From contig CM119263.1 in NCBI GenBank assembly GCA_051294375.1, positions 5,782,382 to 5,846,381 on the forward strand: a DNA stretch of 64,000 nt, written 5' to 3'. Below the pieces are notes generated by a model. It was given only the letters and a program-made list of their open reading frames with translations. It did no database searches and was not told where the DNA came from. Of this stretch, positions 49,517 to 64,000 are shown piece by piece (the stretch's first letter is position 1; each line of letters opens with the position of its first letter). This stretch comes from Paraspadella gotoi (Eukaryota; Animalia; Chaetognatha). Made by a program: the position numbers and the translations under genes.

Positions 49517-52500
49517 GAGAGAGAGAGAGAGATGTGCGACGTTTAGTCACTCTTTGAATTCAAGAGGAGTGCATTTAAAGAGAGAGAAGTGGCATTTTTT
49601 CAGTTTTTAAGCGCTGATTTGATTATTATTCATTTGTGTTAAAAATTTTAAAAAGTAGGATTGGTGTAGATATTTTTATAAAATTCAAATAATGATTAAC
49701 GTTACCAGTAATTAATTCGAAGTCATTCTTACATTATTATTTTCATTTTATCTTTCGAGACGAAATGAGATTCGAATTTCAGTTAAGCCTCTTGTCAATC
49801 TTCTTTCTGACGTTGCAGCTTCTGTTCTGTTCCGTTGCGTACTGCTTCTATCAGTCTGTCTATCAGTCTGTCGGTCCCGCTATCCTCTCTGTCCGACGCC
49901 GCCGCCGCCGCCACCGACTCCCGACTCCAGCGCCCTCTTCGTCGCTCGACGAAAAAGACGTGGGCGAATTTTGGGTGAGAATTTTGAAAGAGAAGAAATT
50001 GGAAAGAATTGGACGTTGTCGTCGTCGTTGTCGTCGTTGTTGTCGTTGTCGATTTTCTGGCTTTTCTTTCATTCGTTAACTTTTGTTTGAAATATTTTTT
50101 ATCAGATCAAGTCTATTTTCTAATAAACCATATTTTAATACTCTAGTATTTCTTTGTTAAGGCCAGGCGATCACTCAACCTAAAATTAGAAATCTTAAGT
50201 TTACTGTATGCTTAATCATGTTTCTCATGATCCTGTAAGAGGTTTCTATTAAATTATTTCGATAACTTTTAATAAAATCTTATAAAATGTTCATAAAATT
50301 TAAAGCAAAATTTTTTCTTCGGAAAACTAGATTATTCACAGAGAAATTATATTTTTTTATATGTTAGCTAAATTTCTACAACTAAATTTTGTATAACTTA
50401 AAACTATTCTCTAACAGTAAGCTCAATTTCTACTTCGTTAATATTTAATTCTTCCTTGGTACAACGTATATCATTGGGTGTGTATCCTAATAAGTACTAC
50501 AAACAATATACTCTTCACATTTCCAGCGTTTTTTATACCTTCATTAGTTTTATGAGTTAAAACTTATCAGAATTTATGTTCATGACTTTTTACTTTATGT
50601 AATGTTAATATTTAATGAGTCAGAATTTAACTTTCTTGACGAAGTGAAGTTAAAACGAAGTAGTTGCGGCTCAAACCGTTGGACTTTCTTGAAGGAAAAA
50701 AAATGTTGGCAACCGATAAGGAAAGGTGGGGGAATTCTATGACGCGTTTTTGAAAAAATGTTTTTCGGTTCAGAAGATATCAAGAATTAATCCCAAAAAT
50801 TGATTAAAATAATTCAAATTTTATATGAAGGTTATAGGTCAAATTTGAAAATATCTTTTTCAAGATTTGAGTAGTAGATACATTATAAGTTATATTCTAT
50901 GTCCAAATGGTTAGAGGATAACCGCTTTACTTCGTGTTGGGCTGCAACTGCTTCAAAGGTAGGTTTTCTTTTATTTTTATAGTACCAGAAAAAATCAAAA
51001 AAACGATGACGCTTTGAAAAATAGTAAAGTGAGATGCATTGTCGGAATGTACAGGAGCCCTTTCTAATCCGAGCTCGGTTTTAGGCTGAATTATAATTTG
51101 AATTGAGTGATCCGGACCTTAAACTGAACTCATCAGAAAAATGTTTTTTTTTAACAAAAAAGTTTCTTTCCGCGTCGTTTACTTGTTACTCGATCGTTCG
51201 TTGTTCGTCATGTCGTACTTGTTCTCGTTCTTCGTTCTCGTTTCTTGGCTGTATTCTTCGCTCCTTCGTTTCTTCGTTCGTTCTTCCGTTCGTCCGTTCG
51301 ATATATATAAACAAAAGAAAAAAAAAACAACACCCAAAACGGGGAAAAAAAATATAATATAACAACATGGAATATAAAAGTTAATATATAAGAAGCGCAC
51401 AACGAGATCAGTCAAGAACAAGTAATAAATTTCCGCCGCCCCCTTTTTCTCTCTTTCGCCCTCCCCCCCCCCTTAAAATCCACCATACGATTCTTCCTCG
51501 CGCCTTTTAAATTTTCTCTTCCATTCCTGATTTTTATTTCCCTCAATTCCTTTTCATATTTTCTCTCTTTCTCTCCTCTTCTTTTATTCTCTCGTAATTT
51601 TCCAAAAAAAAAGAAGAAAAGAAATTCCTTCCGAAAAAAAAAAAGAAAAAAAAGTTTTTTTTCTGCTTTCAATCACCAACGAAGTCAATGGAGGATGAAG
51701 GCACGCCAAGGCTGCGGCCCCTCGCCGTCGTCGTCTGTCGTCGTCGTCGTCGTCGTCTTCTCACTTTTGGGTGCGCACGCGCAATTTGCTCGATTGTCGC
51801 CCCCCTTTACTTATTTTTCCATCTTCGTCGTCGTCGTTTTCGTCGTTTTTCGTCGCGCGCCCGATTGGACGGAAAAGTTGCGTTATTTCACAAAGAGCGC
51901 CGCCGCTGTCCGACGGCGCACGACGGCCGCTTCACCGCCACGACGCCCGCTGCCACCTCTTGGAGTTGTTTCCAAGATTGAGGAATACGCTATAAAAACT
52001 CGAGGAAGATCTTGAACCCCACTATCCTTATATCCCTATAATGTAATATATACTAGGATGTTTTTGTCCTTGAATTATCTTGTTCTTTGGGTTCGGTCGG
52101 TCTGTCTGTCAAATTCTGTTTCCCACTTACTATTAAATGCGCTTAAATTACGGTATTGTGAAAAATTGTATTTAATATTTTGACGATATCATACTCAGTA
52201 AAAGGTTTTTATGCAATTTTTTAATATTAGTGTAGTCATGCCGTGATCAAAGAAAAGATTAAGTGATAACTAATAATGCTCACTAAATGATGAGTTATAT
52301 GCAAATGACATTGAGAGTGAGGCTTATATAGAAAACAAATGATCAATCTCATGATCAATAAGGCGCAAAAATTTGAAGTTTTCTCACCAAATTCTTCGCT
52401 TGTTCTTTATTCTATTTAATAATCTTTTTATCCTTGTTGCAGGTCATTGTTTATCTTACATAGTGTTCTCATAGTTGTTGTCGTTGTTGTTGTTGCGATT

Positions 52501-52935
52501 TTTTCTCATTTTTTTTTTGTTTTATTCTCCAAAAGTGAAGACAATCAAATCCTTCAGGATTTGACTTTTTTAATCGTCGTCGTCCTCGTCGTCTTCATCG
52601 TCGTCGTCGTCGTCATCAGACGAAAACTCCGTCGGCTTCGTCCTCCGCTGATTGGCGCGCCGTGCGACCCCCAGGCCGACCCTCGCCGACGCTTTGCCGA
52701 CGCGTTGCCGACGCGTTGCCGACACCAACGAGACCGACCGACCGGGCGACGCAACCGGGAGACCGCCACCGAGAAAAAGCAATTAAGGCGGCGTCTTTAA
52801 TGAGAAAGTCGAAAAGGGGTAGAGACGGGGCACAGATGGGGGTAGATGGGATATAGATGGTGAAACAGATGAGGTATGAACGGAAGGAATAGATATGGGG
52901 GAAATTTTATCATGCTATCTGAAATTCTATTCTCT

Positions 52936-52983
<48 letters not shown>

Positions 52984-53184
52984 CTCTCTTCTCTCGTCTC
53001 TCTGTCTCCTCTCTCTCTCGTTCGTTTGTATATTTATAAGTCATAAAGACGATCGTTAAATTTCTACTCCGAGTCAAGAATCGTTTTAATTTACATAAGA
53101 ACTTTTCGTTTTTCGTTTTGAGTAAAGAAAAACGTGGAATCTGTTTGGGGGAATGCTATATATTGGAAGGCCGAGAGAGAGAGA

Positions 53185-53257
<73 letters not shown>

Positions 53258-54340
53258 ATTAAGCCTGTGTTTGTTGGTGGCAAGGCGGAGGAGGAGGAGG
53301 AGGAGGAGGTAGGTTCATTAGTGGGAAAGACGAAGACTAAAAGTCGACAAGATATTTTTGGGGCAAAAAATCTCGGGGGGCGAGTTTGCTTTTTTTGTGT
53401 GTGGGGGGGTTTGAGAGTTGTGGGGGGCGGTGAGGCGAACGAGGATTAAGGGGAAATGGCTGAGAGAATAAAGATAAAGTTAACAAGAAAAAAAGAGAGA
53501 GAAGAAGAAAGGAAAGAGAAGGAAAGAAAAAGAAGAGAAGAGAAGAGTAGAGAAGAGTAGACAAGAGAAGAGAAGAGAAGAGAAGAGAATAGAATGAATT
53601 CGTTGGTCGATTTATTGTCAGAAGTTAGAATCTATAAATAAATCTATAAAGTATAAAGGCACAAGAACAATTATCGTTTCTGGTCACTAAAAGGTCTAGT
53701 CAGTTCTATCAAGTCTTTTGTCGTCGTTGTCGTTTAAGTGAATTAATCACACTTTAACAAGTCCCTGGATATAATTCACAAGTTCACAACTTTTTATCAT
53801 CAAAATCCTTGGATTTTTAGTTTATTTTTACGTCAAAATATTGTCTTTCATAAGTACGAAGTCCTATGAATTTAAATAATTTTTTTAAAAAATTGACAAA
53901 CTGACGATTTGATTCATTGCGTCATTACTTGAAATCTTCGAAGTAACTTATGCTTCAGTTTTTGATGAGAACAATACCTAAAAAAAAATTATTTATATTA
54001 ATAATAAAAATTTTATTTAAAACGGAATTCAATCTCTCGACGAATAGTAAATTACTATTATTACTATTATTACTATTATTTTTATAAAAATAAAAAATAG
54101 TAGATTATTAATTCCACTCAATCACGAATTGTCTCCTTTTTTTCTAAACATCATAATCGTCATCATCCTCTTCATTATCATCATCATCATCATCTTCATC
54201 GTTATCATCATCGTCATCGTCGTCCCAAGACGAGTTTCAATTTACTTTTTTCTCTCAGTAACGCGTTTTTTCCCATGTAGCGTCGCTTAGTAACCGCCCC
54301 ACGCTCTCTCTCTCTCTCTCTTCCCTCGCGAGGGAAGAGC

Positions 54341-54374
<34 letters not shown>

Positions 54375-56239
54375 NNNNNNNNNNNNNNNNNNNNNNNNNN
54401 NNNNNNNNNNNNNNNNNNNNNNNNNNNNNNNNNNNNNNNNNNNNNNNNNNNNNNNNNNNNNNNNNNNNNNNNNNNNNNNNNNNNNNNNNNNNNNNNNNNN
54501 NNNNNNNNNNNNNNNNNNNNNNNNNNNNNNNNNNNNNNNATTAACATGCAAAGTTGGTAATTATCATTACCAGAATTCATAACTGGATAATGAGATGATA
54601 AAAATACATGGAGCACGAAGCAGTTGCTAACCGTAGCGAGTTAACTCGCCTCTTTTCATTTTTGCATAAATTCAAGCGACGGGGGGGGGNNNNNNNNNNN
54701 NNNNNNNNNNNNNNNNNNNNNNNNNNNNNNNNNNNNNNNNNNNNNNNNNNNNNNNNNNNNNNNNNNNNNNNNNNNNNNNNNNNNNNNNNNNNNNNNNNNN
54801 NNNNNNNNNNNNNNNNNNNNNNNNNNNNNNNNNNNNNNNNNNNNNNNNNNNNNNNNNNNNNNNNNNNNNNNNNNNNNNNNNNNNNNNNNNNNNNNNNNNN
54901 NNNNNNNNNNNNNNNNNNNNNNNNNNNNNNNNNNNNNNNNNNNNNNNNNNNNNNNNNNNNNNNNNNNNNNNNNNNNNNNNNNNNNNNNNNNNNNNNNNNN
55001 NNNNNNNNNNNNNNNNNNNNNNNNNNNNNNNNNNNNNNNNNNNNNNNACAATTGGGTCGACAACCAGACAGACGGACAAACATATTGAACTGAGAAACAG
55101 GCAGCCAGTCTAACATACTAAAGTAAAGAGAAACATTTTTGTCCCAGTCATGGCATTTGCTGTAATTGAGTCGGAAATAAGACTCAAGTCGTCAAGTTTA
55201 AGAAAAAGATGAGAATTTGAAAAGTGAAAAAAAGTTTATTAGTTTCCAGGTTAAAANNNNNNNNNNNNNNNNNNNNNNNNNNNNNNNNNNNNNNNNNNNN
55301 NNNNNNNNNNNNNNNNNNNNNNNNNNNNNNNNNNNNNNNNNNNNNNNNNNNNNNNNNNNNNNNNNNNNNNNNNNNNNNNNNNNNNAAAAAAAAAAAAAAA
55401 GCCGAAGAGAAATTTGCAATTTTGAGTTTGAACTCAACTCGTCTCTCGACGGTCCCATCCTACGCGGAATTTCCACCAACTGTATTCCACTTTTTCTTGA
55501 AATTCCATTGGCTAATTTGGTCTATTTTTAGCTTTTCCATTAAATGTTTCCATTAATATATCTCTTTTTAAGTGACAGTTTCATTTTACATCTGTGGTTT
55601 TTCATCAGCTTTCTGTCTCGTGTTGTTATTGGGTTTACCATTAACTGGTTCATTCATTCATTCATTCATTCATTCATTCATTCATTCATTCATTGATTTA
55701 TTCATACATTCATTCATTCATTCATTCATTCATTCATTCATTAATTCATTTGCACCTTCGTTAATAATTTCATCGACGTCTAAAGACTGAGAGTGTTGCG
55801 CACTCGCATTCTCGTCGTCATCGTCATCGTCGTCGTCATCGTCCCGCCGCCATCGTGGGCGTGCCGTCACGCGTTGGCGCGTCGCGGGGGAGTGGCGCCG
55901 TCCTCACCCTCGACTCACCCCCTTCAACTCACCCACCTGAATCACCCACTCGATGAAAATTCTCACTTCGGAATTCGTGAATTGCAAATCACCAGAAAAA
56001 GACTCGTGGGGGTGGGGAGACTTTGTGAAGGTGAGGTAAATCGAGATGAAATAAAGTGAAATGAAATAAAATGAGATGAATTAAAGTGATATGAATTAAA
56101 GTGACTAGAGAATCTTAGTAGAATGATGATTATTGTCGAGACTGGTAAGTCAGAAAACATCGATTTTTTTTTCATTTTCAAGCATAAAAGTTCATTCTCT
56201 AAATTATTTCCTCGGTCGGCGCGCCGTCGAGGCAGACGA

Positions 56240-56274
<35 letters not shown>

Positions 56275-59005
56275 NNNNNNNNNNNNNNNNNNNNNNNNNN
56301 NNNNNNNNNNNNNNNNNNNNNNNNNNNNNNNNNNNNNNNNNNNNNNNNNNNNNNNNNNNNNNNNNNNNNNNNNNNNNNNNNNNNNNNNNNNNNNNNNNNN
56401 NNNNNNNNNNNNNNNNNNNNNNNNNNNNNNNNNNNNNNNNNNNNNNNNNNNNNNNNNNNNNNNNNNNNNNNNNNNNNNNNNNNNNNNNNNNNNNNNNNNN
56501 NNNNNNNNNNNNNNNNNNCGACGGCTGGTCGTCCGCTGAGAGACATATTCAAATTTTCAGATGGACAAAAAACTTCGACAAATTCTTTTCCTCTGAGACG
56601 AAAAAAAAATGAACAAAAAAAACATGGAATAAATGAACGAAAAAATGAACAAAAGAAGAGACTTAGAAACTTTCTAATTGTATAGTTTAAGAAATTGCGT
56701 TATAGAGACGAGACATACAAAGGCGCAACTTGGAACCGAACTTGGAGGTTAGTCTGGCAGTCAGTTTGTCGGTTTGTCAGTTGGTTTGTCTATTAATTGA
56801 ACTTAAACAAACATTGAGATAAGCCGATAACGATCAACTAACCTACTACATATGTACATATTAAACAGCACATATTAATTTTTGAGAAATCCTTTAATTC
56901 TTACTTTCTTGTCCGCTCATTTCGAGCCAACCCGACTTGGACACAATCTCAAACTATCCGCCATCTCCCCCATCTCAAACCCCCTCTCCTACATCTGAAA
57001 CCCTTTTCCCTTTCTTAAACCCCTCTCCTCCATCTCTAAACATTTCACCTTTCCTAGCATATCCCACTCATTTCCCATTCCTCTCTAATCNNNNNNNNNN
57101 NNNNNNNNNNNNNNNTTCTCTCGTTCTTCTCTCTCGCGTGCGTTCTCTCTCTCTCTCAATTCTCTCTTCTCCCGTCTCTCTCCCTCTCCTCTCTCTTCTC
57201 TCTCTCTCTTCTCTCCTCTCGAGTGGCCCTCGGACTCCAACTTCCCCCAGTAGCTAGCGCCATGATGATCCTAGGCCCGCGGTCCTTAACGCGCCTTTTC
57301 TCTGAAACGCCTGCTCGGCTTTTTTTTTTCTATCTCTCTTGTTGCCTTTTTGTTTTCTGCGAGTTTTTCGGACCTTCGTCGCGTCGCCGACAGGCAGCGC
57401 CTCCCGGTTCGTTTGCGCCAAAGGGTTTTTTGGTTTTAGGCGAGGGAAATGTGAGAAAAAATATTGAGGCGATACTGGAAAACTTTTTTGCTTTGTTTTA
57501 ACAGTGGAGACGAAAAAAACTCTGAGAAAATAATCAGTCCTGGCTGATAGCGTGGGGGGTCTATAGCAATGGGGGGAGAAATGTGGGTGGTCTGTGCGAT
57601 AGGGAGAGGTGGAGCCGGTTGTGAGAATGTGGAAAGAAGAGGGTTTGAGATGGCGGGAGAGGTGGGTTGCTGAGATGAGGGGAGGGTCGCTGAGATGGGG
57701 AAGAGGAGTTTGAGATGGAGGAGAGAGGGATTTTGAGATGGGCGAGAGGGTGTTTAAGATTGGAGAATGATGGGTCGCTGAGATTGTTAGATGAGGCACG
57801 GCGGACCCGTGCTTCCCTCCTCCTCTTCTATATGTCGACCTCAGGCGTACGTCGGTCTGGGTTTCCTCGATGATGAGTGCGTCGGCGAGTAGGGGGTCTG
57901 AGATGTGGCTAGAGGCGGATTGAGCATGGAGAAAAAGGGGTTTTGAGATGGGGTGAGAGGGGGTTGATTGAACCGCATAAAGGATAGGCAGGGTCGATTA
58001 AGGAAACGCAATGGGGCCTAAGATTAAAAGAAAATATGACTGTCAGGGAGAGAGACAGAACATCGTGTTGTCAACACAATTTGACATTAACAGGAGAGAA
58101 AAGGGTTTTTTTTTTAAAGAAAAAAGAAAAAGAAGAAAAAGAAAAAGGAAAGTTATTTTAAGGTAAAATTAAAGAGATCACGATTTGAAATGAGAGAAGA
58201 AAAAGACAAGAGACAAAAAAACCTGTGACCGTCGCCAGTTCGAACCTTGAAAAAGAAAAGAGAGAAAATCTGCCTGACATTTTAAAGACGATGACGACGA
58301 CGATGACGACGACGATGGCGACGACGAAGACGATGTTGATGAGACTGACTACGACGACGATGACGACGACGAAGCACCTGTAATACGACGATAAAGACGA
58401 AGGCCCATCGTGAAATTCATTAATCTAATTCCACAACCTTCACTCATTTGCATGTTAAGTGCTCCGACAACGCTTAAACTCATTAAAAAAAGGATAGAGA
58501 GAGATAGAGAGAGACTAGAGAGGATGAGAGCAGAGAGAGCAGAGAGACGAGAGATTGAGAGAGTGAGAGAACTATGAATGAGAGAGAGGTAGATGAATAT
58601 GTTTTCTTTTTATCTCTTCAAATCATTTTCGCCGCCTTACACGGTTTTGGTCTTTAGCAGCATAAAAATCATATCTCTTCGATTAAGTGTTTTCTGTGGA
58701 GGTCATCCGAGAGAGGGAGAGAGAGAGAGGGAGAGGGGAATGGACGCGGAGAGAGAGGGGGAAAAGAGGGAGAGGGGGATGGAGGGGTAAAGAGAGAGAG
58801 AGGGAGAGAGAGAAAGGAAGAGAGATAGAGGGGGGAAGAGGGAAAGGGAGATTACGGGAGTGAGAGATTAAAAAAAGGAGTGGGAGAGAGAAGAGAGAGA
58901 GAGGAATGGGAGATATATATTTACGTATATATTTCCAGCTCATTAACGTTTGTATTGTTATTGCCTTTTACTTTTACATATTGAGCATAATAAATCATAT
59001 CAAAT

Positions 59006-59049
<44 letters not shown>

Positions 59050-60439
59050 CTTGTATCTTCCCTCACCCCTCTCTTATTCTTCTCTCTCCGCCCGTTCCTC
59101 TTCTCTGACAAGAAAGAGAAAATGAAAACCACATTTCTAACTTCGACTAAGCAAAGTCGAAAGCGGAAGTTTTTCACTCATTTTCTTTTTTTGTTGAGTC
59201 GCGAGAACTTCAGAGCAAATTTTTCGTCTCTTTGTCCAAACTGAAACGCTTAATTTATATATGATTCTAAACTCCTAATATTATGAAAATAAGAGAATAA
59301 GATTATCGTATTTTAGTTTTATATGTTTAATCAGAGAAAAAGAAAAATATCAAATATCAAAAATTATGTGTGTATATAGATATTTAATAATCTTATAAGC
59401 TACGCTCGATCTTTTTATTCAGGTTTTGTTTAAGCTACCTCGGCTTAATACTAATTGTTTATTTGTCTGTTTTTCTTGGACACGACGATTGATGATGCAA
59501 CGTGTTTTTAAATGTTTATTTACTTTAAAAATGTGCGCGAAGAAGAACTAAAAACAGTTGAGTTGTTTATAAACAAACAAAATGTTACAAAAACAAAAAA
59601 AATGTTCAACGTCGTATTTTCCGAGGCTTCTAAAAATTCTAAAAATTCAAATTCAAATGTTATTTAAAATAACTCAGATAGCCTCGGCACTCTTTTTCCT
59701 CTTCGTCGACGCGACTCACGATCGCAAAATCGGGAAAGTTGAGACCAAGATATCGAATCCTTGGGCGTCGGACGTCGAGCCGTTCTGCCTCTACGGCGAT
59801 GCCCACGTTGCGAACCACGAACACCAATACAGGTTTTTTAATGATTTTTTATTATAATTAATAGGTTTTCTTATATTTGTTTTTATAAAAAAAATAATAA
59901 GGTTAAAAACTAAAGCATGAAAAAATTTGATGAATGTTATCGTCCATGCGGAGAAATACCTCAAATTGTCGTTCCTTTTTTTTTTTTCTCCTTTCTCTTC
60001 CTTTCCTTTTTTTTTTATTCTCTTGTTCTTCTTGATTCTTTAATTTCATAATTTTCTCTTTCTTTCTTTTCCTGTCTTTCTTCTGCAAAGTATTTTTATT
60101 TACTATGTTTACTTCTAAATGAATTAATCGTTTACTATTTCGATTTAATTATCTATTATGTATGAATTAATTTTTAACTCAAACTCTGCGTTTCTCCTTA
60201 ATATTATTAATCTTCTTTCTCATTCTCGCCTTCGCTTTCCTCTTCTTCTTCTTCCATTTATGCAAAGTGAAGTGCGGAAGTTTTTCTTTTCTTCATCTCT
60301 TTTCTTTTCTTTTCTTTTCTTTTCTTTCTTCTCTTTTTCGAAATCTTATGCAAAATTTCCTAAACATAAAGAAGCGAGATCCGGGCCCCGACGGAGTGGC
60401 GCCCCGGGGGGGAGGAATTTGAGGGGTAAGGGGGTATGG

Positions 60440-60730
60440 GGAGTAATGTTAGGGGTAGAGGGTGGAGAAAAGGGGTAAGGATAGAGGTGTAGAGGTTGGA
60501 GAGAAGGGGTAAGGATAGAAGGGTAGTGGGTGGAGAGAAGGGGTAAAGATAGAGGTGTAGAGGTTGGAGAGAAGGGGTCAGGTTAGAAGGGTAGTGGGTG
60601 GAGAGAAGGGGTCAGGATAGAAGGGTAGTGGGTGGAGATAAGGGGTAAGGTTAGAAGGGTAGTGAGTGGAGAGAAGAAGTAAGAATAGAGAGGTAGGAGA
60701 GAAGGGGTTAGGATAGAGGGGAAGAGGGGC
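60440..60730. repeat. About 33-bp purine-rich minisatellite
   Basis: Repeated ggagagaaggggtaaggatagaagggtagtgggt variants. Confidence 0.85.
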
Positions 60731-61534
60731 AGAGGGCATCAAGAGAGAGAGAACTCGGCAAAGAGAAGATCCGTCGAGGAAAATATTTTTCCGTAAAGTT
60801 CCGTTTTCATGTTGAGGGCGTGGCATGGCTCGGTGCAGTGTGGTGTGATATTGTGTGCAAAAGAGTGGCATAATGGCATACTGGCATTATGTTCAGCTGT
60901 ATAGAGTTGTGTAACGTTGAGTCGTCTCCGTATTCCTTCAGTTAAATTTTCAAACTCGAATTCTCTTCAAAAATTTTTTTAGAGATTCGCTCAGAAATTT
61001 ATTTCTTCTCTCTGATTGGCCGGAGTTTTAAGCCAATCAGCGCTTTCCTCGCGATTGAGTTTCCCCAAATCTTTGCTCCACAAACAATAAAGACAGAAAT
61101 CGTTTCGAGTCATAAACGAAGGAAAAGTTGAAGGACGGAATTTCATTTCTGAGAAATGAATTGTGATGTGAAATCTTCATTTGTATAAGAGGATAAAGGA
61201 TGTGGTTCTTCGACCACAAGTGACCACCGTAAGACGGGAAACACACGTGGTCATAAGAGGCAATAATGATTTTAGGTTGTATCACTTTCATCAAAAATGA
61301 TTTTCGACGCTTTTAAACTACTAATTCTGAGTGACATCGACATAGCGGTCGATTTCATTCACAGAGTCACAGACTCACAGGAGTCATTCTCATCGTCCTT
61401 CGATCTCCATTGATCCGTGAGAAATTGAGAACAAGGTTAGTGATTCTTATGGCCTCAAGAATTAGATCAAAAGTAACAATGAAGGGTGCATTTCCCTTAA
61501 TTGTATTTATATTTGCTTCCTAAACTTTAGGAGG

Positions 61535-61730
61535 CAAATAAATACAAATAAATACAATTCGAAGAAAACAAGCAATTTAATACAAATAAATACAATACGA
61601 GGAATACAAACAAATAAATAACAAATAAATATAATCTGAAGAATACAAGCAAATAAATACAAATAAATACAATACGAAGAATACAAGCTAATCTATACAT
61701 ATAAATACAATACGAAGAATACAAGCAATT
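61535..61730. repeat. AT-rich tandem repeat of about 38-40 bp
   Basis: Repeated aaataaatacaatacgaagaatacaagc variants. Confidence 0.8.
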
Positions 61731-62123
61731 GTATGGTATGAGTACTAATGGTTTCTCTCTTTGCCGACTCTTAAGATAGTCTTACCCCTGAAAATTGTAT
61801 CTCCCTTCAACAACCCTGCAATTGGCCATAAATAAACTGCCACCGCCTGCCCCCCCCCTTCCCCCCCGACCCATTAATTGTACCTCTTCGCCACTAATCA
61901 TACATGCGATGGCGCATAACAATGATTGCCACCGCCCCCCCCACGCATAGTAATCCCAAATAATTTGATAACGCTCTCTCTCTCTCCTCCTTCTCTCTCT
62001 TTCTCTCTCTCTCTCTCCTCTCTCTCTCTTCTCTCTCTCCTCCTCTCTCATCTCTCTCTCTCTCTCTCTCTCCGTCGCCCAGATTTTCCCTCATTTTCGC
62101 CGACGCCGTTTCTCCCCGGGGTC

Positions 62124-62165
62124 GTAACTATGGCAACGCGCAACGATTTTCGTTGCTATGACGAT
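62124..62165. promoter_or_regulatory. RFX X-box plus second X-box-like site
   Basis: GTAACTATGGCAAC fits GTHNYY-AT-RRNAAC exactly; GTTGCTATGACGAT starts 28 nt later; next to a GC-rich island at 62390-62700. Confidence 0.45.
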
Positions 62166-63266
62166 TTGGCTTCGGGAAATGCGTAGTATCATCAACGTGG
62201 AGGGAGATGAGGAGGGAGAAATTTTGAACATAGGTAAACGTAATTATCGATGTGATGGTGTGAAGTATGAGTGCCAATGCGAAGCAGTTTGTGTGAGATT
62301 TATTAAAACAATCTGAATCAAAAGGTTCTACTCGTAGATAGAACAGAAGACAGAAAAAACAGCGAAAATTCTCGACCTCGCATAATCCACCGACCGCAGC
62401 CGCGCCGCGCCGCCCCGCGACCCTTCCTCCCGTCCAACCGAACTGATGATGCGCGTCACGGCCGCCGAATCGACCGCGGCCGCCATCATATTCGGGTCGG
62501 CGCCATCGCGGTGGACGGCATCGCGGCGGCGGCGGCGGCATGCGGGCGGTGGCGGGCGCGGCGGCGGCAGGCGGCAGGCGTGGCGGCCGGGGTCGGCCGG
62601 CGTGGCGGCGGGGGGCGGCCGGCGGCGTCAATCCACTGTAATCACGGAATACATTTCCGTTGTGATGGCCGCCTTGATGTGAACGGGAAAAAGACGACGG
62701 ACGGACAACGAACGACGACAGCTGTGACGCGGAGCGACGACACCGAAGATGACGACGACGTAGACGAAAAACTTCGACGACGACGACGACGACGAGACGA
62801 ACAGCGACGACGACGACAAAGACGGCGCCCCGAAATAAATCTGATGTCCAAAAGAACAAATGAAGTTTTTTTTCATCTCGAAATCGGGAGACTAAGGAGA
62901 ACATGAATGATGGGAAAGAGAAATTAAATAGAGAGAGAGCGAGAGAGAGAGAGAGAGAGAGGAGAGAGAAGGAGAGAGAGCAGAGAGAGAGAGAGAGGAG
63001 ATGAGAGAGAGAGAGAGAGATTAAAAAAGAATATTGGAAACTGAGAGAAAATATTGGGCGATTTTCCCCCTGTCGTCCTACTCCTCCTACTCTTAGCCTA
63101 TGCCCGATCCTTGGCCCGACCCCCGTAGACCGGACACTTTTCGCTGACCCTTTGGCTGACACTTAGCTCACTCACTCTCTCTTTTCTCTTTCTCTCTCTC
63201 TTTGAGAGGAAGAAACCCTCATTTCTTTTTGCTCCTCTAACTAAAAAGAAAACGAGGGTGTTTTGA

Positions 63267-63315
<49 letters not shown>

Positions 63316-64000
63316 CCTCCACTCTCTCCTCTCTCTCTCTCTTTCTCTCTCTCTTCTCTCTCTCTCATCGCCCTCCACTTCATTTGTCGACGACTTGATC
63401 GGGGTCAAAGAAATAATCGGAATGTTCATACGCCGTTTGTCGAAAAGGCCTTTTTCGTTATCGTCGTCGTCGTCGTCGCCTTCATCGTCGTCGTCGTCGA
63501 CGTAGTCATAAGAGTTATATCTTTAACTTATTCTGAGCTCAAGATGCTATATCGTATTGTAACGTTAACTACGATAATCACAATATAATTATACAATTTT
63601 TTTATAACAGAAACAAATGCGTACAAATTCTTTAAACTCAAAAGACTTTATGATGGAGCAAAGGGCGAAATATCATAAGCACTTAGTCACGTGGTCTTCG
63701 CCCGGCGATGCGTCAACCGTCACGGTCTCCCTGACGCGCCCACGCCGTCGCGTCAAGCGTCACCCACGAGCGCCATCGTCCGTCGGTCCGTGACCAACAA
63801 CGCCCCCGCTGCTTCTTTTCTTTCTCTATCGCCCGTCTTGTACGCCTCTCTCTCTTCCTCTCTCTTTCTATCCCTCACTCTCTTCTTCTCTCCCCCTCTT
63901 CTTCTTCGTCTCCCTCTCCTCATCATTTTCCTCCCCTTCGCTCGCTCTCCCTTTCTTCCTCCGCCTCGGAATTTCGAAGCCGCGTGAACTTTAACCTCGG

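Noticed and set aside
62128-63162. 344-aa minus-strand ORF as a single gene
   Set aside because: Runs through AG and GAC microsatellites and a GC-rich island; no recognisable domain
308-63987. Most ORF-track entries (SLSLSL, RERERE, TTTT, VVVV, FFFF, X-rich)
   Set aside because: Translations of (AG)n, (GAC)n, T-rich tracts or N gaps with no coding signal

Overview
Animal (invertebrate) genomic DNA from a noisy long-read or amplified-DNA assembly, rich in (AG)n and (GAC)n microsatellites, with N gaps, local duplications and several fold-back inversions. Most ORF-track entries are microsatellite artefacts. Well-supported genes, both on the minus strand: the first four coding exons of a Collier/Olf/EBF (COE) transcription factor (25229 down to 8047; later exons not found) and a complete 3-exon FAM43-like PTB-domain gene (38672-35005, about 777 aa). 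COE intron 1 (about 11 kb) holds a roughly 4.1 kb array of a 70-bp satellite, a decayed Penelope-like retroelement with a hammerhead-like remnant, and a 0.7 kb miniature LTR retrotransposon (TRIM). The TRIM has a PBS and a PPT, and its LTRs each carry a tRNA-like Pol III cassette (Helenus/Cassandra-type design). A solo LTR of the same family with a target-site duplication lies at 42.5 kb, and a truncated copy abuts and points into the satellite. Also present: an internally deleted LTR element (43.9-45.5 kb) and two small Thr-rich orphan paralogues, one with a perfect HExxHxxGxxH zinc-binding motif. No CRISPR array, rRNA or prokaryotic system is supported.
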